Shown: positions 1 to 12,201 of the stretch, in pieces | How positions within the stretch are numbered: the stretch's first letter is position 1 | Layout of the letters: the number at the start of each line of letters is the position of its first letter | Assembly (NCBI RefSeq): GCF_000002075.1 | Contig: NW_004797288.1 | Coordinates: 560,426 to 624,425, forward strand | Length of the DNA: 64,000 nt | Origin: Aplysia californica | Taxonomy: Eukaryota | Direction of reading: 5' to 3' | Program-made: the position numbers and the translations under genes | Notes under the pieces: generated by a model | What the model was told of the DNA's origin: nothing | Database searches by the model: none | The model's input: only the letters and a program-made list of their open reading frames with translations

Positions 1-33
<33 letters not shown>
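1..33. repeat. (GT)n microsatellite
   Basis: Direct reading of the dinucleotide run at the window start. Confidence 0.95.
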
Positions 34-34
<1 letters not shown>

Positions 35-1294
35 TAAGTAAACGTGACAGCACTTGGGCGTTCCCATTGGAGAAAAGTTTGTTCTTTTTAAGAATGCAAA
101 ATGAAGCACTTAGTTTTCAAAGAATTTTAAAACTCAAATAATTAACAAAAGCTATATTTCCAGTAATACTTCGAAACAATAACAAAAATTTGTAGTCAGT
201 TTGAATACTGTTTTTGTATACTGTTTTTGTTTTTTATATCCTAAAAATTGTCAAGCGTGTTGTTTGACGATTCTGTAATAAACTGATAACACAATGTCTA
301 TATTATGATTATGACTCCTTCTTGTTTCTTGTCTGAGAGTGCCATATAGTATTTTATGTTCTTCCTTTAAATGTCTAAAAACTATCAATAATATCTATGA
401 AAACTTTGATAAATTGAATGCAAATAAGTTTACCCTCTAGCAAACTACCGTTTTTTTGTTTTTTAATGCAATTAATAAACCGCAGTGCGTGATGGTTATA
501 GTGTGGTCAAAAATTTGTGGCGCAACTTATCCTCAAAATTCTCCTCAACGGGTGAATCAATGTCACCCATTCTTTGCATAGCAGTTTGTATCTATTTGTT
601 TTAACTTAATTTAACCTTTTCCCTTCACGGCGCTCCGCATTGGCGCGCTTTTTTCACACCACTTCGGTGCGTTGCGCTCCTCTTTGGCGCGCGCAAGTTT
701 ACAACCGTTCCACTCTCTGCGCTCCATCCTGGTAACAGGTAGTTATGCATTATGTATGCAACAAAGAGCTTGCTTTTTCCGTTTTTCGCTCTCAGGCTTT
801 CAAAAAGTATTCAGATACCATGTTGGAATTGTTTCTTGCTGTCAATAGTTGACTTGCTTGATTACTGTTCGATTTACAAGCGGATTTCTAAGGTCACTTT
901 CGAGAGCGTTCCCGAGAAGTTTTATTTTCACTGAAAGTTGCTGCACTTCGACCGATGCTAAGAAGACTCACTCTCAAAGGAGTCACAGATTCTTCATACA
1001 CAGAAAGATCGGATGATGAAGGTAATGTTGAAAAAAAAAAGAAGATCATAACGATCGGGATGGGGTTACTGTGCCAGTTGACGATACATACACATATGTA
1101 CTTGGGATAGGCGTTTTTGACGACACCAACATATCCTGTTTTAGAGTTTCGTATGTATGAAAGGTTCTTTCGATTTACATGTTAATACAGGTGTAATTAA
1201 AATTTATAATGCCAAATGTTAAAAGCAATTCATTCTCTTACTTTCGTTATTTACGTGCCCCACGAAAACAAAAGGGCAGACTCTCTTTCTAAAA

Positions 1295-1985
1295 ACACAC
1301 ACACGCAAACACACACACGTGCACACACACACACACACANNNNNNNNNNNNNNNNNNNNNNNNNNNNNNNNNNNNNNNNNNNNNNNNNNNNNNNNNNNNN
1401 NNNNNNNNNNNNNNNNNNNNNNNNNNNNNNNNNNNNNNNNNNNNNNNNNNNNNNNNNNNNNNNNNNNNNNNNNNNNNNNNNNNNNNNNNNNNNNNNNNNN
1501 NNNNNNNNNNNNNNNNNNNNNNNNNNNNNNNNNNNNNNNNNNNNNNNNNNNNNNNNNNNNNNNNNNNNNNNNNNNNNNNNNNNNNNNNNNNNNNNNNNNN
1601 NNNNNNNNNNNNNNNNNNNNNNNNNNNNNNNNNNNNNNNNNNNNNNNNNNNNNNNNNNNNNNNNNNNNNNNNNNNNNNNNNNNNNNNNNNNNNNNNNNNN
1701 NNNNNNNNNNNNNNNNNNNNNNNNNNNNNNNNNNNNNNNNNNNNNNNNNNNNNNNNNNNNNNNNNNNNNNNNNNNNNNNNNNNNNNNNNNNNNNNNNNNN
1801 NNNNNNNNNNNNNNNNNNNNNNNNNNNNNNNNNNNNNNNNNNNNNNNNNNNNNNNNNNNNNNNNNNNNNNNNNNNNNNNNNNNNNNNNNNNNNNNNNNNN
1901 NNNNNNNNNNNNNNNNNNNNNNNNNNNNNNNNNNNNNNNNNNNNNNGAGAGAGAGAGAGAGAAAGAGAGAGAGAGGGGGAGAGAG
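1295..1985. other. Assembly gap (N 1340-1946) flanked by (CA)n and (GA)n microsatellites
   Basis: N run. Further gaps at 11529-11697 and 30659-30786. Confidence 0.97.
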
Positions 1986-3228
1986 GGGGGGTGTTCACGC
2001 AGGAAGGATAAGTTTATTGGAAGAGTAATTAAAGGGAGTATTATTATTTGAGTCTCGGCCCGAGCCCTCGCTGAAAGCCTTGTCCGCAATTCACGGGGTG
2101 ACATGGCAGGGGAAGTAACCGTATATTTAGAACACATTCTAATTATTTTACAAATGAAACACATAGGTATGCAATGTAATAAACAATTACACACGTTCTC
2201 GGAAACTTTTTGTGCAAGACTGAAACTAATCCACGACAGCCATGTTGCTGTTTCAGAACTCCAATGTGCGTTGCGAATTTAAAAATATCCAGGTTTAATT
2301 GTCTGTGTCAATTAAAGTAGAATGTAAAGGCGACAAGGAAGCATGAAGTGATAGTAGGCTAATGAGAAGAGGTCGGAAGAGAGCCGTACGGAATGCATTA
2401 AAATGGGGTCCTTTTACGTTTGTTGAAAAGCAAAAGATAAAGTAAATTCAAGGACTTTATAATTTTGTAACCTCCTTGAGTAAATTCAAATACGGTACGT
2501 AGACCTACAGCTTTGCAAGGGATACAAAACAGACAATACAATAGCAAAACTTTATTGGTGGGGGCGACCGAGGGGGGAAATGAACGAAAATACTGATGGA
2601 GGCACGGCAACCATGCAATACAAAACTCAATGTATGTAGTCTAGAGAAACGTTATCAAATTTTGGGGAGGGGGGGTGTTTGTTTGTTGGGGGGTAGTTGT
2701 TTTTGTTTGTTGTTACTGTTGTTTTGTTTTGTTTTTGTTAGTTTGTTGGGGCTTTTAAAAAAATCAAAACGGGTTTAGCCCCTTTTACCTTAAGTAGTCT
2801 GGAAACAAACCAAACCAAGGAATCATGAATTCTAATGGACATACAGATACACTACAGCATGATAACTCAGACACACCGTATAGGCCTAGGCTAACACACC
2901 ATCACGTTACAATTCGTAATTACTTATCACCGTTATTCGATTATGCGAAACATTTCTTGTCCGGCCCGACAAGCCCCCTTCTTTTGTCCTGCGCAGAACG
3001 TACTTTCGTTTTCCTAAGAAAGAAAGGACGTGGTTCAGCCCGGTGTTGTCGTCGTCGGTGTAAAACCCCACCCGAGGCCAACGTTTCAACGTACTACACC
3101 GAGGATTTAGCTGATCAAATTTAACACTTTGGGCTTTCAAAGTGTAACAGTTTTATCTGTTAACGTATTTTCAAAGAACTGTGAACACGTAGAATCTACT
3201 TGTATTTTTTTTTTCATTCTGCATCAGA

Positions 3229-4143
3229 ATGGCTGCTTCTGTTCGCCCTCAATACCGACGTATTTTAGGACAAGTTGCTGTTGGCAGATGCAATGGTCAA
3301 GTCAGTTCCAGTAGATCTGGTGTAGTGAAAAATGTATCACTTCGTACTCATTTTTCCAGTTCTAGATCTAATTTTGCGGACTGGAGATGTAGATCTAGAT
3401 CTAGTGGTTTTTTATCGTGGAACAGGTGGAGACTTGAAAAAGGCAGGTATAATGAAGGTCATAATCAACAAAGTACTGTTATTGACAGACGTGGGACAGT
3501 AGGTTTGTGTCCCTCTATCAGACTGTTTTCAAGTTCCCACAATGGAGATTCAAACAGTGGAGATAATGGTGACTATCCTCAAGATATTCGTGTGTTACCC
3601 CGTCGCCTTGTCAAACGCTTGAAGAAGCAAGGAATTTCAGAAGCAGAGTTTTTAACGAAAATAAATGCAAATAGCAAAAGCTCGGACATGTTTCCCCCTC
3701 CTTCAGAAACGGATTTTCGATCAGCTGCACCTGTTGTGGACTCAAAGGAGGAACTTGAATCACTTTTGAAGTTGACATCAGTTGTTCCCAAGTTTGTTTC
3801 AGAAGCCGACAGTTTTCCTTCTGATACAGCAAAGTATCAAGACTGGAAGAAACAAAATTCTGAAAGAACAAGCAAATCTGTACCAAAAGTGTCTCCTTCA
3901 ACTACATCCATTGTTCTTTTTCCTGGGCAAGGAAGCCAGTTTATCGGCATGAGCAAACAGTTGCTACATTTTCCTGGTGTCCATGATCTATTTGAGGAGG
4001 CTAGCTCTTTACTAGGATATGATTTGTTGGAGATTTGTTTAGCAGGTCCCAAATCTGAGCTTGACAAAACCATCTATTGCCAGCCTGCTGTTATGATCAC
4101 CTCACTGGCAGCTATTGAGAAGCTTAGAGAAGAACATCCAAAG
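3229..4143 (+). CDS. MCAT: MCAT coding exon 1 (mitochondrial malonyl-CoA:ACP transacylase), with long presequence-like N-terminus
   Basis: ATG 3229. Encodes TSIVLFPGQGSQ and ELDKTIYCQPAV motifs of FabD/MCAT. Ends AAG|GTTTGT, phase 0 (305 codons). Confidence 0.93.
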
Positions 4144-4551
4144 GTTTGTAATTGTTCCATTTAATAAAAGAATTGATTAAATTTCAATTTGATTTTTACC
4201 CTTTGTTTTGTTTCCTGTTTCAGTGTCCCACCTCTATTAATGTCTCCATTACAAGATTACTGATGAAGACGTAGCAAAAAGAAAAGAAGTTGTGTAAAAA
4301 TATGTTGTTGTTTTTTCACGATGCGAAAATTGAGTGCCAAAGCCTACCTTTTTTATTTTGTATCTTTAGGCCTACTGTACTACTATATATGATATTTTAG
4401 GTCATTTGATCGTTTTAGGGTAATGCACACATGTATACACTGAAGAAAAATACCCTTGTCTGCGATTTGGCATGTTAACTTGGACTTCAAACGTGTGGGT
4501 AAAAATGGGTGGGTTTTTTTTTGCTTTTTTGGGGGGGGGGGGGTTTTTGCT

Positions 4552-4898
4552 TTAGTGTGTTTTACAGCGCTTGCAACTACATCATTTATAAGGTTATAAT
4601 ATGAGCGCACGGGACACATTTAATTTTAAATTGGAAGAAGAATTGATTTAAGATCAGGGGTGTGGCTGAAAGACAGCGATAAGAAGAAGCCAAGGAATAG
4701 CAATGCAATAGAAAGGCTGCAGAAAGAGTCAGGAGCCCAGAGAAGAGGGATGGGGGCAGAAAGTGGAGACGAAAGCAGGCGACAGAACATGGTTAGGGTA
4801 GAGAGGAAAGAAGAAAATTTTCCTTCGATGTCAGGTTTCAAACTCAGAACTCTATTGAATGAGAGGGGAACACTAACCTCTAGACCATGAGACCCCCC
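4552..4898 (-). mobile_element. tRNA-headed SINE copy (internally deleted), same family as 42170-42678
   Basis: Shares body (AAGATCAGGGGTGTGGCTGAAAGACAGC...), head (ctaacctctagaccatgagacccc) and GCGCTC..GAGCGC tail with the 42 kb copy. Confidence 0.85.
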
Positions 4899-5229
4899 AC
4901 AACAATGAGTGTTTTATAAAGGGAAAATCCGCTATTATCCCTTTTGTCTAACAGTAAAAGGCACTCTGCTTTTGGGGAGGGTTTTTTTTTCCCCAGTTTC
5001 TTTGGACTTGCTTTTTCACCATGGTATAGCATGTAATCAGGGTAAAATGATTGATAAAATACCTGTAAGATTTATCGTAAATTGTTTTCTTTTCTTTGAA
5101 CAGGTTTTGAAGGCGCATCTACTTCATCCTAGTTACTAAGTCTTTTACTTTTTCCTCTTTGATTTTATTATGTCATGTTACAGTCCACTCCACTTGTAGC
5201 GAAGTGGGTTGAAATATCTTCGGGGGGGG

Positions 5230-5700
5230 GGGCTCTCTGGGTGGCGACCGAAAAATTTTCTTCTCTAAATTTGTCTCCTTTCACCTCATTTCCTGCCCTC
5301 TAGCAATGTTCTGTCATCTGCTTTCGTCTCCTCTTTCTGCCCCCACCCCCTCACCTCCTTTGCCCCTTCCTCTGGGCTTCTGATTCTTTCTGCAGCCTTT
5401 CTACTGCTACTCCTTCGCTTCTTCTTGCTGATGTCTTTCAGCCACACCCCTGATCTTCTGGTAGGAAAGATCTACTGTACACCTAGCCTTCTCGGACAAG
5501 GGCGAAAAATCTCGGAGGGCCCGTGTGTAAGTTGCGCACGTTAAAGATTCCTTGGTGGTCAAAAATCGATAAGAGTAGGCTTCCGCCGCCACCCGAGCAA
5601 AATTCAAAATTTCCTACCAACTGAAAATATTAGGTGTGTCCCACGCGCTCATATGACCTTATAATGCAGTTGCGAGCGCCGTAATACACTTTACAAAAAC
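5230..5700 (+). mobile_element. SINE copy of the same family, head degraded
   Basis: Contains GCACGTTAAAGATTCC core and CGCGCTCATATGACCTTA..GCAGTTGCGAGCGCCGTAA tail. Reverse-complement match to the 42 kb copy. Confidence 0.85.
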
Positions 5701-6177
5701 AAAGAACAAAAAGATCTTCAGACGTAGCAATCTTTTTCCGTAGAACAGGCACTGATGTAACACAAATTTTTTAAAATTGAAACAGTTGATCCGAATTCAC
5801 TACATCCGTCATGGCGGCTGTAGTGATGCGTATTCTTATCCTTGGCCTATCTAGTTTATATAGTAAAAATATAACGGTTTTAGAGATGTTTCCCCAGTGG
5901 TTAGTTTTGACCTAGCGTTGATGAAGCCAATGGTATTTTGTAACGTTACGCACATTCACACAATAGTTCGAGGCATCAGACACTTAGCTAGCAATCTCCC
6001 ACATAATACTATTGATAACCTTATGTGAAGCACCGAAGCTCTTATTAACTCTACAGTGAAGTTCAGTACTTAAATTATTTCCCTTGAATTTTTCTTCAAA
6101 CGGCTTTGTTATGAACTTCAGATGTAGCGATCTTTTTACTGGTCCCCCAACGACATCACTGTATTTCTTTATTTCAG

Positions 6178-6265
6178 GCTGTGGAGAACTGTGTTGCTAC
6201 GGCTGGATTCAGTGTTGGCGAATTTTCAGCACTTGTGTTTTCCGGTGTCATATCATTCCCAGACG
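6178..6265 (+). CDS. MCAT: MCAT coding exon 2
   Basis: ttcag| AVENCVATAGFSVGEFSALVFSGVISFPD |gtact. Contains the catalytic GxSxG serine (GFSVGE). Phase 0 to 1. Confidence 0.95.
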
Positions 6266-6699
6266 GTACTATTCTATATTCCCACTTTTGAGATTGAAGT
6301 AACCTACTTAAAAACTTTTGAATCCTTCCTCATTTTTATTTTTTTAAATTATTGTAATTTACAAACCAGCATTTTGGACATTAACTTGGATTCAATGTAT
6401 ATGATTTTATAAAATAGTTTTTGAAATTTCTTTTTTATGAATACATTCTCTATAAAATTAACGTTATTAGTTAAATCAAAATTGTTGGTCATTGTTTTTG
6501 CTTCTTGTGTACAGGCATTCAACATTACCTTAGAGATGGCACTGTATTTTAACCCCAAAAAATTTTCTGTTCTGTCTCTGATAGCTTTATAGAAAAGATT
6601 ATTTTAAACTTGTAGTTGTCAAAAGTTCAACAAATTGTTCTTATTTATTGATACAACAGTTATATTCAAGTTAGAATGGCAGGATAGAATAAGAACAGA

Positions 6700-7012
6700 A
6701 ATGGAGAGCTTTGGGAAAGGACAGGACAATAGGACAGAAGTAGAAATAGGACTAAGAAAGTGGCTATGGATGGTACAAACCTTCAGAAAACCCAGCGGAA
6801 ACATCACAAGACAGTCGCTGCAGTGGAACCCACAGGGAGCCCGAGGCAGGGGTAGGCCACAGGAAACATGGAGGAGATGTATGGAAAGGGACATGAGAGA
6901 GATGAACCTCACTTGGAACGAGCTTGGAAGAATGGCCCAGGACAGAGATAAATGGAAGGAGCTTGTGTGGCCTATACCGTACGGAGAGTGGAAGTGATGA
7001 TTATGATGATGG
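6700..7012 (+). mobile_element. 5'-truncated RTE-clade LINE 3' end
   Basis: Peptide ITRQSLQWNPQGARGRGRPQETWRR..MAQDRDKWKELV typical of RTE ORF2 C-terminus, followed by a (TGA)n-like tail. Confidence 0.85.
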
Positions 7013-7710
7013 TATTCAAAAGTGGGAAAACTACACTGGGAACTATCTAGTGGATTTAGCGCTCCCAAGTGTCACTATCAAATAGCCAGTGGTGTTGGGG
7101 GGAAACTGTTTTTTTTTAAACCGTGTTATAAAACTCATTTGTGTAGGAGTTAAATGTTTGGCGAATATTCAATTTAAAAATGGGATCTATAGTCAAACTA
7201 AAATAGCAACTCAAATTACAGTCGATTAAATCAGACGTAACGCCACAGATTGAAATATACGGCAAATTTAATCAGCTATGAACACTAGGTGGGTTTTAGA
7301 TGAGCTTTTGGCTCTTTTATTTTCCATATTTTTGTACCATATTATCTCATTTGTCTAATGGGTAAATATGTAATTTGTCTGCAAATTGGGGGCCAAATCT
7401 GTACATTTGTAGCTTGCCTATATGAACAAAGTGTATATTATATATATATAATGCTTTTTTTTCTTAAATAATCCTTTATCAAATTGTCAAGCTAAGAAGA
7501 TGAAATACTTCTGCTGTGCATAATTTTCAAAACAGTGCACTACATAGAGAACGAAATGATAAGCAGAAAATTGACAAGACCATGTTTTTTTTAAATACTT
7601 TTTTTTTCAGGGGAGGGCCATTAGAAAATTATGTTGACATCATGAAAGTGTTCCCTGATCCTTCTGAGTGATTTTTTTTTGTTACTAACTTGTATTTTCA
7701 TTTTCCCCAG

Positions 7711-7931
7711 CTGTAAAACTTGTGAAAGTGAGAGCAGAGGCCATGCAGAGAGCTTCTGAAACTGTTAGCAGTGGAATGCTCACTGTATTTCTGGCTCATG
7801 ACTCCGACTTAAAAGGAGCTATGAGAATGGCAAAAGAGTACTGTCAAACTCGCAGAGGCATCAACGAACCTGTGTGTAATGTGGCCAACTTCCTGTTCCC
7901 TGAATGTAAAGTTATTGCTGGTCATGCTGAG
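7711..7931 (+). CDS. MCAT: MCAT coding exon 3
   Basis: ccccag| (A)VKLVKVRAEAMQRASETVSSGMLTV...VANFLFPECKVIAGHAE |gtaag. Phase 1 to 0. Confidence 0.95.
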
Positions 7932-8260
7932 GTAAGCTGATATTTTGCTTCAGTTTATAATTCATGTTGTAAGAGTCCACGATTCTAGCTCCTTGAAATA
8001 GAATGGTTGTCATCCTGTTGCTCCAACTACAGTTTTTTAAATTTATTTATTGAACATTCAAATCCTGTTATACCACCAACCTAAGGGCCGAGCAGGAAGT
8101 TGATGGTATAGCAGTATAGCAGGGCTAACAGTTGAGTTTGAATGCTGCCCCGTGTCAAGGGAAATGATTCTGCCGTGACTAGATGATGAATAATAATATA
8201 ATGAGCTATTTCCCTTAGACCAAAACTGGGGTGGCCTGTAGGCTTTCTTTCAGCATAATG

Positions 8261-8437
8261 CTGTCCCCATGGTTTTATGTAAGAAACATTCTGAAATTAT
8301 GCAAACAGCCCAAAAATGTGAAATTATGCGATTCTGTTATTTTTAACAAAGAATGTTAGAGGAAAATAATAAGAAATTATGCATAAAATGATCAAATTTT
8401 GCTAAATTATGTGGGGTGCATAAAACCACGGGGACAG
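8261..8437. mobile_element. MITE, CTGTCCCC-TIR family, 6-bp TSD
   Basis: TIRs CTGTCCCCATGGTTTTATG / CATAAAACCACGGGGACAG. Flanks ATAATG / GTAATG. Internal AAATTATG repeats. Confidence 0.75.
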
Positions 8438-8769
8438 GTAATGAATTCTTTGTTAGTTTGCAGTATGTGTAGTGGGAGAACAGGGAAATTATCACTGGGG
8501 GCTGTGTGTAGTGTTTACCTCTGGTGGCTAGTTCATTGGTGGTGTTGCAGGACAAATACATGTACCATGTACACAAGTTAAGTAAGGCGAGGACAAATCA
8601 AGCCATGCAGTTTGGTCAAAGTGGTAGTTTAAAGGGGCAAATAGTGTGTTTATATAGATGTTCCTTTTTGTGCATTAGCAAAACCTGGTTGTTAGCAGGG
8701 CTGGCAGTAAGTGGGGGTAGTACAACAAGGTTTGACTGTAACTAGTTGTCTTTTTCCTTTGTCGTTGCA

Positions 8770-9760
8770 CACAATCCTTTGTAACACCGGCGGTCCTCAG
8801 GGGTGTGCTTGTCACCAGTTTTGTAAACAATATATACCAACGGTCATAGAAGTAAATATAAAACAACACGCTAAATTAAGCTGGCAGATGACTCCGCTAT
8901 TGTTGGATTAATAAACCTTGATGAAAAAGAGTATTTCGAAGAAATATGTATGTTTATTAAATGGTGCAATTCACATTTTCTAAAAGTGAACCTCTTAAAA
9001 ACATAAGAAATTTTTTTTTTATTGTAGAAGAGAAAAACCAAAAATCCCTCCCACCACTCGTAATTGAACAAGAAACAATTGAAATCACGGATTCATACAA
9101 ATATCTCGGTCTTACAATCGACAACAAATTTACATGGCAAAATCACGTAAATATTATAGTTAAAATGGTAAATCAGAGGCTGTACTTACTGAGGAAACTT
9201 AAGTCTTTCAATCTGAATCCATCCATCCTTAAGATATTCTACACCACTACAATAGAAACTGATAAATTTTGGTATCTCTTGCTATGGTAGCAATTTGGGA
9301 AGACAGCGCATCATAAAAATAAACAAGTTGATCAGAAAGGCATGAAGAACAATTGATAGAGACCTTATTAACTTTGGATATCTGCATAAAACAAATGTTC
9401 TAAAAAAGGCGGAAATAATGCTAAGTGACCAAAGCCACCCACTGACATCGGAATTTCAATTATCGACCCGCAGTAAATGAAACATTTCCAAAAAAGCAAA
9501 AACAGTCAGATGTAGAAATTCATTCGTACCAAGCTCAGTGAGGTTACTGATCACACAGTGCTACAAATGAAACATAGAGAGAGAGAGAGAATGTTTTACG
9601 GAGCGGGTTGCAGCATGTGAGACATGTATTTACTAATGTCTTGTCTTGCTGTGCTTATGCGTGAGTGCACCTAACCTTTGTAATATCTGCTGCCTTTGTA
9701 AACGACCAAAACAAATTTCTCCCTTCAAGATGAATAAAGATTGTCAGATTGTCATTGTGG
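8770..9760 (+). mobile_element. Degenerate Rex/Babar-like LINE (reverse transcriptase 3' part)
   Basis: NTGGPQGC, a frameshifted ADDSAIVGLI motif, and YKYLGLTIDNKFTWQNHV..QRLYLLRKLKSF. Tail CAAATTTCTCCC..AATAAAG then (ATTGTC)n. Confidence 0.75.
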
Positions 9761-9828
9761 AAGTAGACGTGAGTTTGTTTCTTGAGTGGGGGGATTTTTA
9801 TTGGTTTTCTCTGTCTGTCTGCTTTAAT

Positions 9829-10018
9829 CAGGCTTGCCAACCTACCCAAATTTTTCGGGATTTTCACGAATTGCCATTGTGGTTCCCGAACCTTTCCCGA
9901 AGCGGTGTGGGTGGGTTTTTTTTGGTGACTTTAGTAGCCTATCACAGAAGTGTGTGTGTGTGGCACTCTGGTGCAATCAAAATTCCAGAATTCAGTATCT
10001 CACAAGTTGGCAAACCTG
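9829..10018. mobile_element. MITE with CAGG(C/T)TTGCCAAC TIRs and 7-bp TSD (P-element-like)
   Basis: CAGGCTTGCCAAC / GTTGGCAAACCTG. CTTTAAT on both sides (9822-9828, 10019-10025). Confidence 0.8.
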
Positions 10019-10705
10019 CTTTAATGCTGTACCTGCGTCCCTGGCATGCAGGGTCAAAACATCCCTCAGCCTAAGTGTTCTAAATAATTGGTGTCGATGG
10101 GTGTGTAAAATTCTTATTATATGAAAACAATAATTATTTTTTCCTCTACATGGAGTGTTCTGTGCTAGAGATTAGGGGTGCTTGACTGTGGGTCCTTTAA
10201 TTTGGGATGCAGCTGGCTAATGCTGTGACATCTAGCCAGTACATAAGGCCCCTTGCTTTTACTTTTAGATTGACACATGGAATTTTGGATGGTACATTTT
10301 TCTATTTATATGAACCAGGTTTCAGTAGTGATTAGAATAGAATTTTGACCCTTCAGATGCCATGGTGTCTGTCATCTAAAGTGTCTGAAGACATAGAAAA
10401 TTAAATTGAAGGTGGATGCAAAATTTCATGTAAAAACATGTGTTTTTGTTTTTCATTTATCTAAGGCAGGTCACATTTTGTTTTAATTTGTTTTGAATCA
10501 TGTCATTGTCAAAAAATTTGAGAAAACATGTTTGCTTTTGGGTATGCTCAGCATTAGTTTGAAATACAAACTTTCAGATGGTATTTCTTCGGAACTGTAG
10601 ACATGTACCATTCATTCATGAATTTGGGAAGAGTGTATAGGTGTCTGTGGATTGATTGAGCTGATAATTTGATATTTTGTTTCGTCTCTTTTCTCTCTTT
10701 ACCAG

Positions 10706-10858
10706 GCTTTAGAATTTATTTCTACAAATGCTAAAGAGTTTCGCATATTGAGAACAAAACGGCTCCCTGTCAGTGGAGCCTTTCACACGCAGCTGATGGC
10801 ATCAGCCCGAAGACCGTTAGAGCAAGCTCTACAGGGGATGAAAATAGGAAAACCTAAA
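10706..10858 (+). CDS. MCAT: MCAT coding exon 4
   Basis: accag| ALEFISTNAKEFRILRTKRLPVSGAFHTQLMAS...KPK |gtaag. Contains the AFH catalytic histidine motif. 51 codons. Confidence 0.95.
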
Positions 10859-11772
10859 GTAAGTTCAATTCACCTTATATATAAAATATATATAAAATTA
10901 TCTGCTTACTGTTTTTCTGGTTGTTGAGTATTATAAAATTGTTCTAAAGTATTTTTTTTAAAAGTAAATGGGTGTCTGCTTGCACTACTGTCCTTCCAAT
11001 GTGACCATAACTGAAAAGCAGAATTACGTGAGGCAAAAAGCACCAGACTGTAGTCTTTAGATTTGTTCTGACTTCAAAGAGCAGTAATGTTGAGAAAAAA
11101 AAAATCGCAAATGTTATGGTTTCATCCTACAAAATAGGCAGTCAGAGCTCCAGTTTCTCCCTGAATGGATTTTGATACTGCTTCAGTCTTCATGTTTATT
11201 CTTTGACCGTCAAACCTCTTAGTCCTACTGCAGCTGCAAGAGAACTTTTCGTTTTCACAATCAGAGTTTAAACACTGCTCTCTTTGGCCTGATGTTCACT
11301 GTAAAACAGAGCCATGAAAGGGAAAAAGCTTTCTAAAGCACTTTTTGTAAAGCTGTAAAATGTGCACTCAAATTTGAGAAGAGTACATTGAGGCCCAGTT
11401 TTCTCTCAGACAGTGTATTCTTGCTTAGTTTACACCAAGATGTACTAATATCATCTTGTTCTTGATAATGATAGTCATAACATTTCTTACTGTAATAAAA
11501 AGAACATGGATGCAGTAAAAAAACAAAANNNNNNNNNNNNNNNNNNNNNNNNNNNNNNNNNNNNNNNNNNNNNNNNNNNNNNNNNNNNNNNNNNNNNNNN
11601 NNNNNNNNNNNNNNNNNNNNNNNNNNNNNNNNNNNNNNNNNNNNNNNNNNNNNNNNNNNNNNNNNNNNNNNNNNNNNNNNNNNNNNNNNNNNNNNNNAGA
11701 AATTTGAATAATATTTTGTAGTTATCTTCCCTTATGGCGACATTAAAATGACTTTATTTGCTTGCCTTTCAG

Positions 11773-12015
11773 CTTCCGATTTACAGCAATGTGACTGGCC
11801 AGCCATATCATGCAAAGACAAATTTTGCCCACATGCTGGGAGAACAACTTGTGAAGCCCGTCCGGTGGGAACAGACGATGCATGCCCTGTACCAGAGACC
11901 TCAGGGCTCTGAGTTCCCTCACACGTATGAAGTGGGTCCGGGGAAACAGATGGGAACTCTGCTCAAGCAAGTCAATCTACAAGCTCACAAGCAGTACCAT
12001 GATGTGAGGGTTTGA
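11773..12015 (+). CDS. MCAT: MCAT coding exon 5 (terminal)
   Basis: ttcag| LPIYSNVTG...QLVKPVRWEQTM...YEVGPGKQMG..., stop TGA at 12013-12015. Confidence 0.95.
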   Translation, partial: LPIYSNVTGQPYHAKTNFAHMLGEQLVKPVRWEQTMHALYQRPQGSEFPHTYEVGPGKQMGTLLKQVNLQAHKQYHDVRV

Positions 12016-12195
12016 CAGTATTGGTATTTCTATCCTTATGTTCTCTTGTCTTTTCCACTTTTAGCGTAGAATTTGAGATTGTGATTAGTTTTGGAAAGGA
12101 ATGTCAGTTTTTAATCTGTTTTAGGTATGAGTGGAAAAGTTCTTTATATATTTTTATGACCAGGTCTGTGTATTAAGTTGTTGAACGTTTTTTTA

Positions 12196-12201
12196 AATAA
12201 A
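12196..12201 (+). terminator. Candidate poly(A) signal for MCAT
   Basis: First AATAAA after the stop codon. More distal ones at about 14021 and 14093. Confidence 0.4.

Noticed and set aside
1216-2194. Long ORFs of 230-301 aa in the ORF track
   Set aside because: Artefacts of translating the N gap and flanking microsatellites. The same applies at 11.5 kb and 30.6 kb.
2907-3140. Antisense ORF or divergent gene at the MCAT promoter
   Set aside because: Non-ATG start, no recognisable domain and no downstream exons found. A non-coding divergent exon cannot be excluded.
4258-4295. Hammerhead ribozyme cores (CTGATGA here, and at 26484 and 61780)
   Set aside because: No flanking helices or correctly placed GAAA could be paired.
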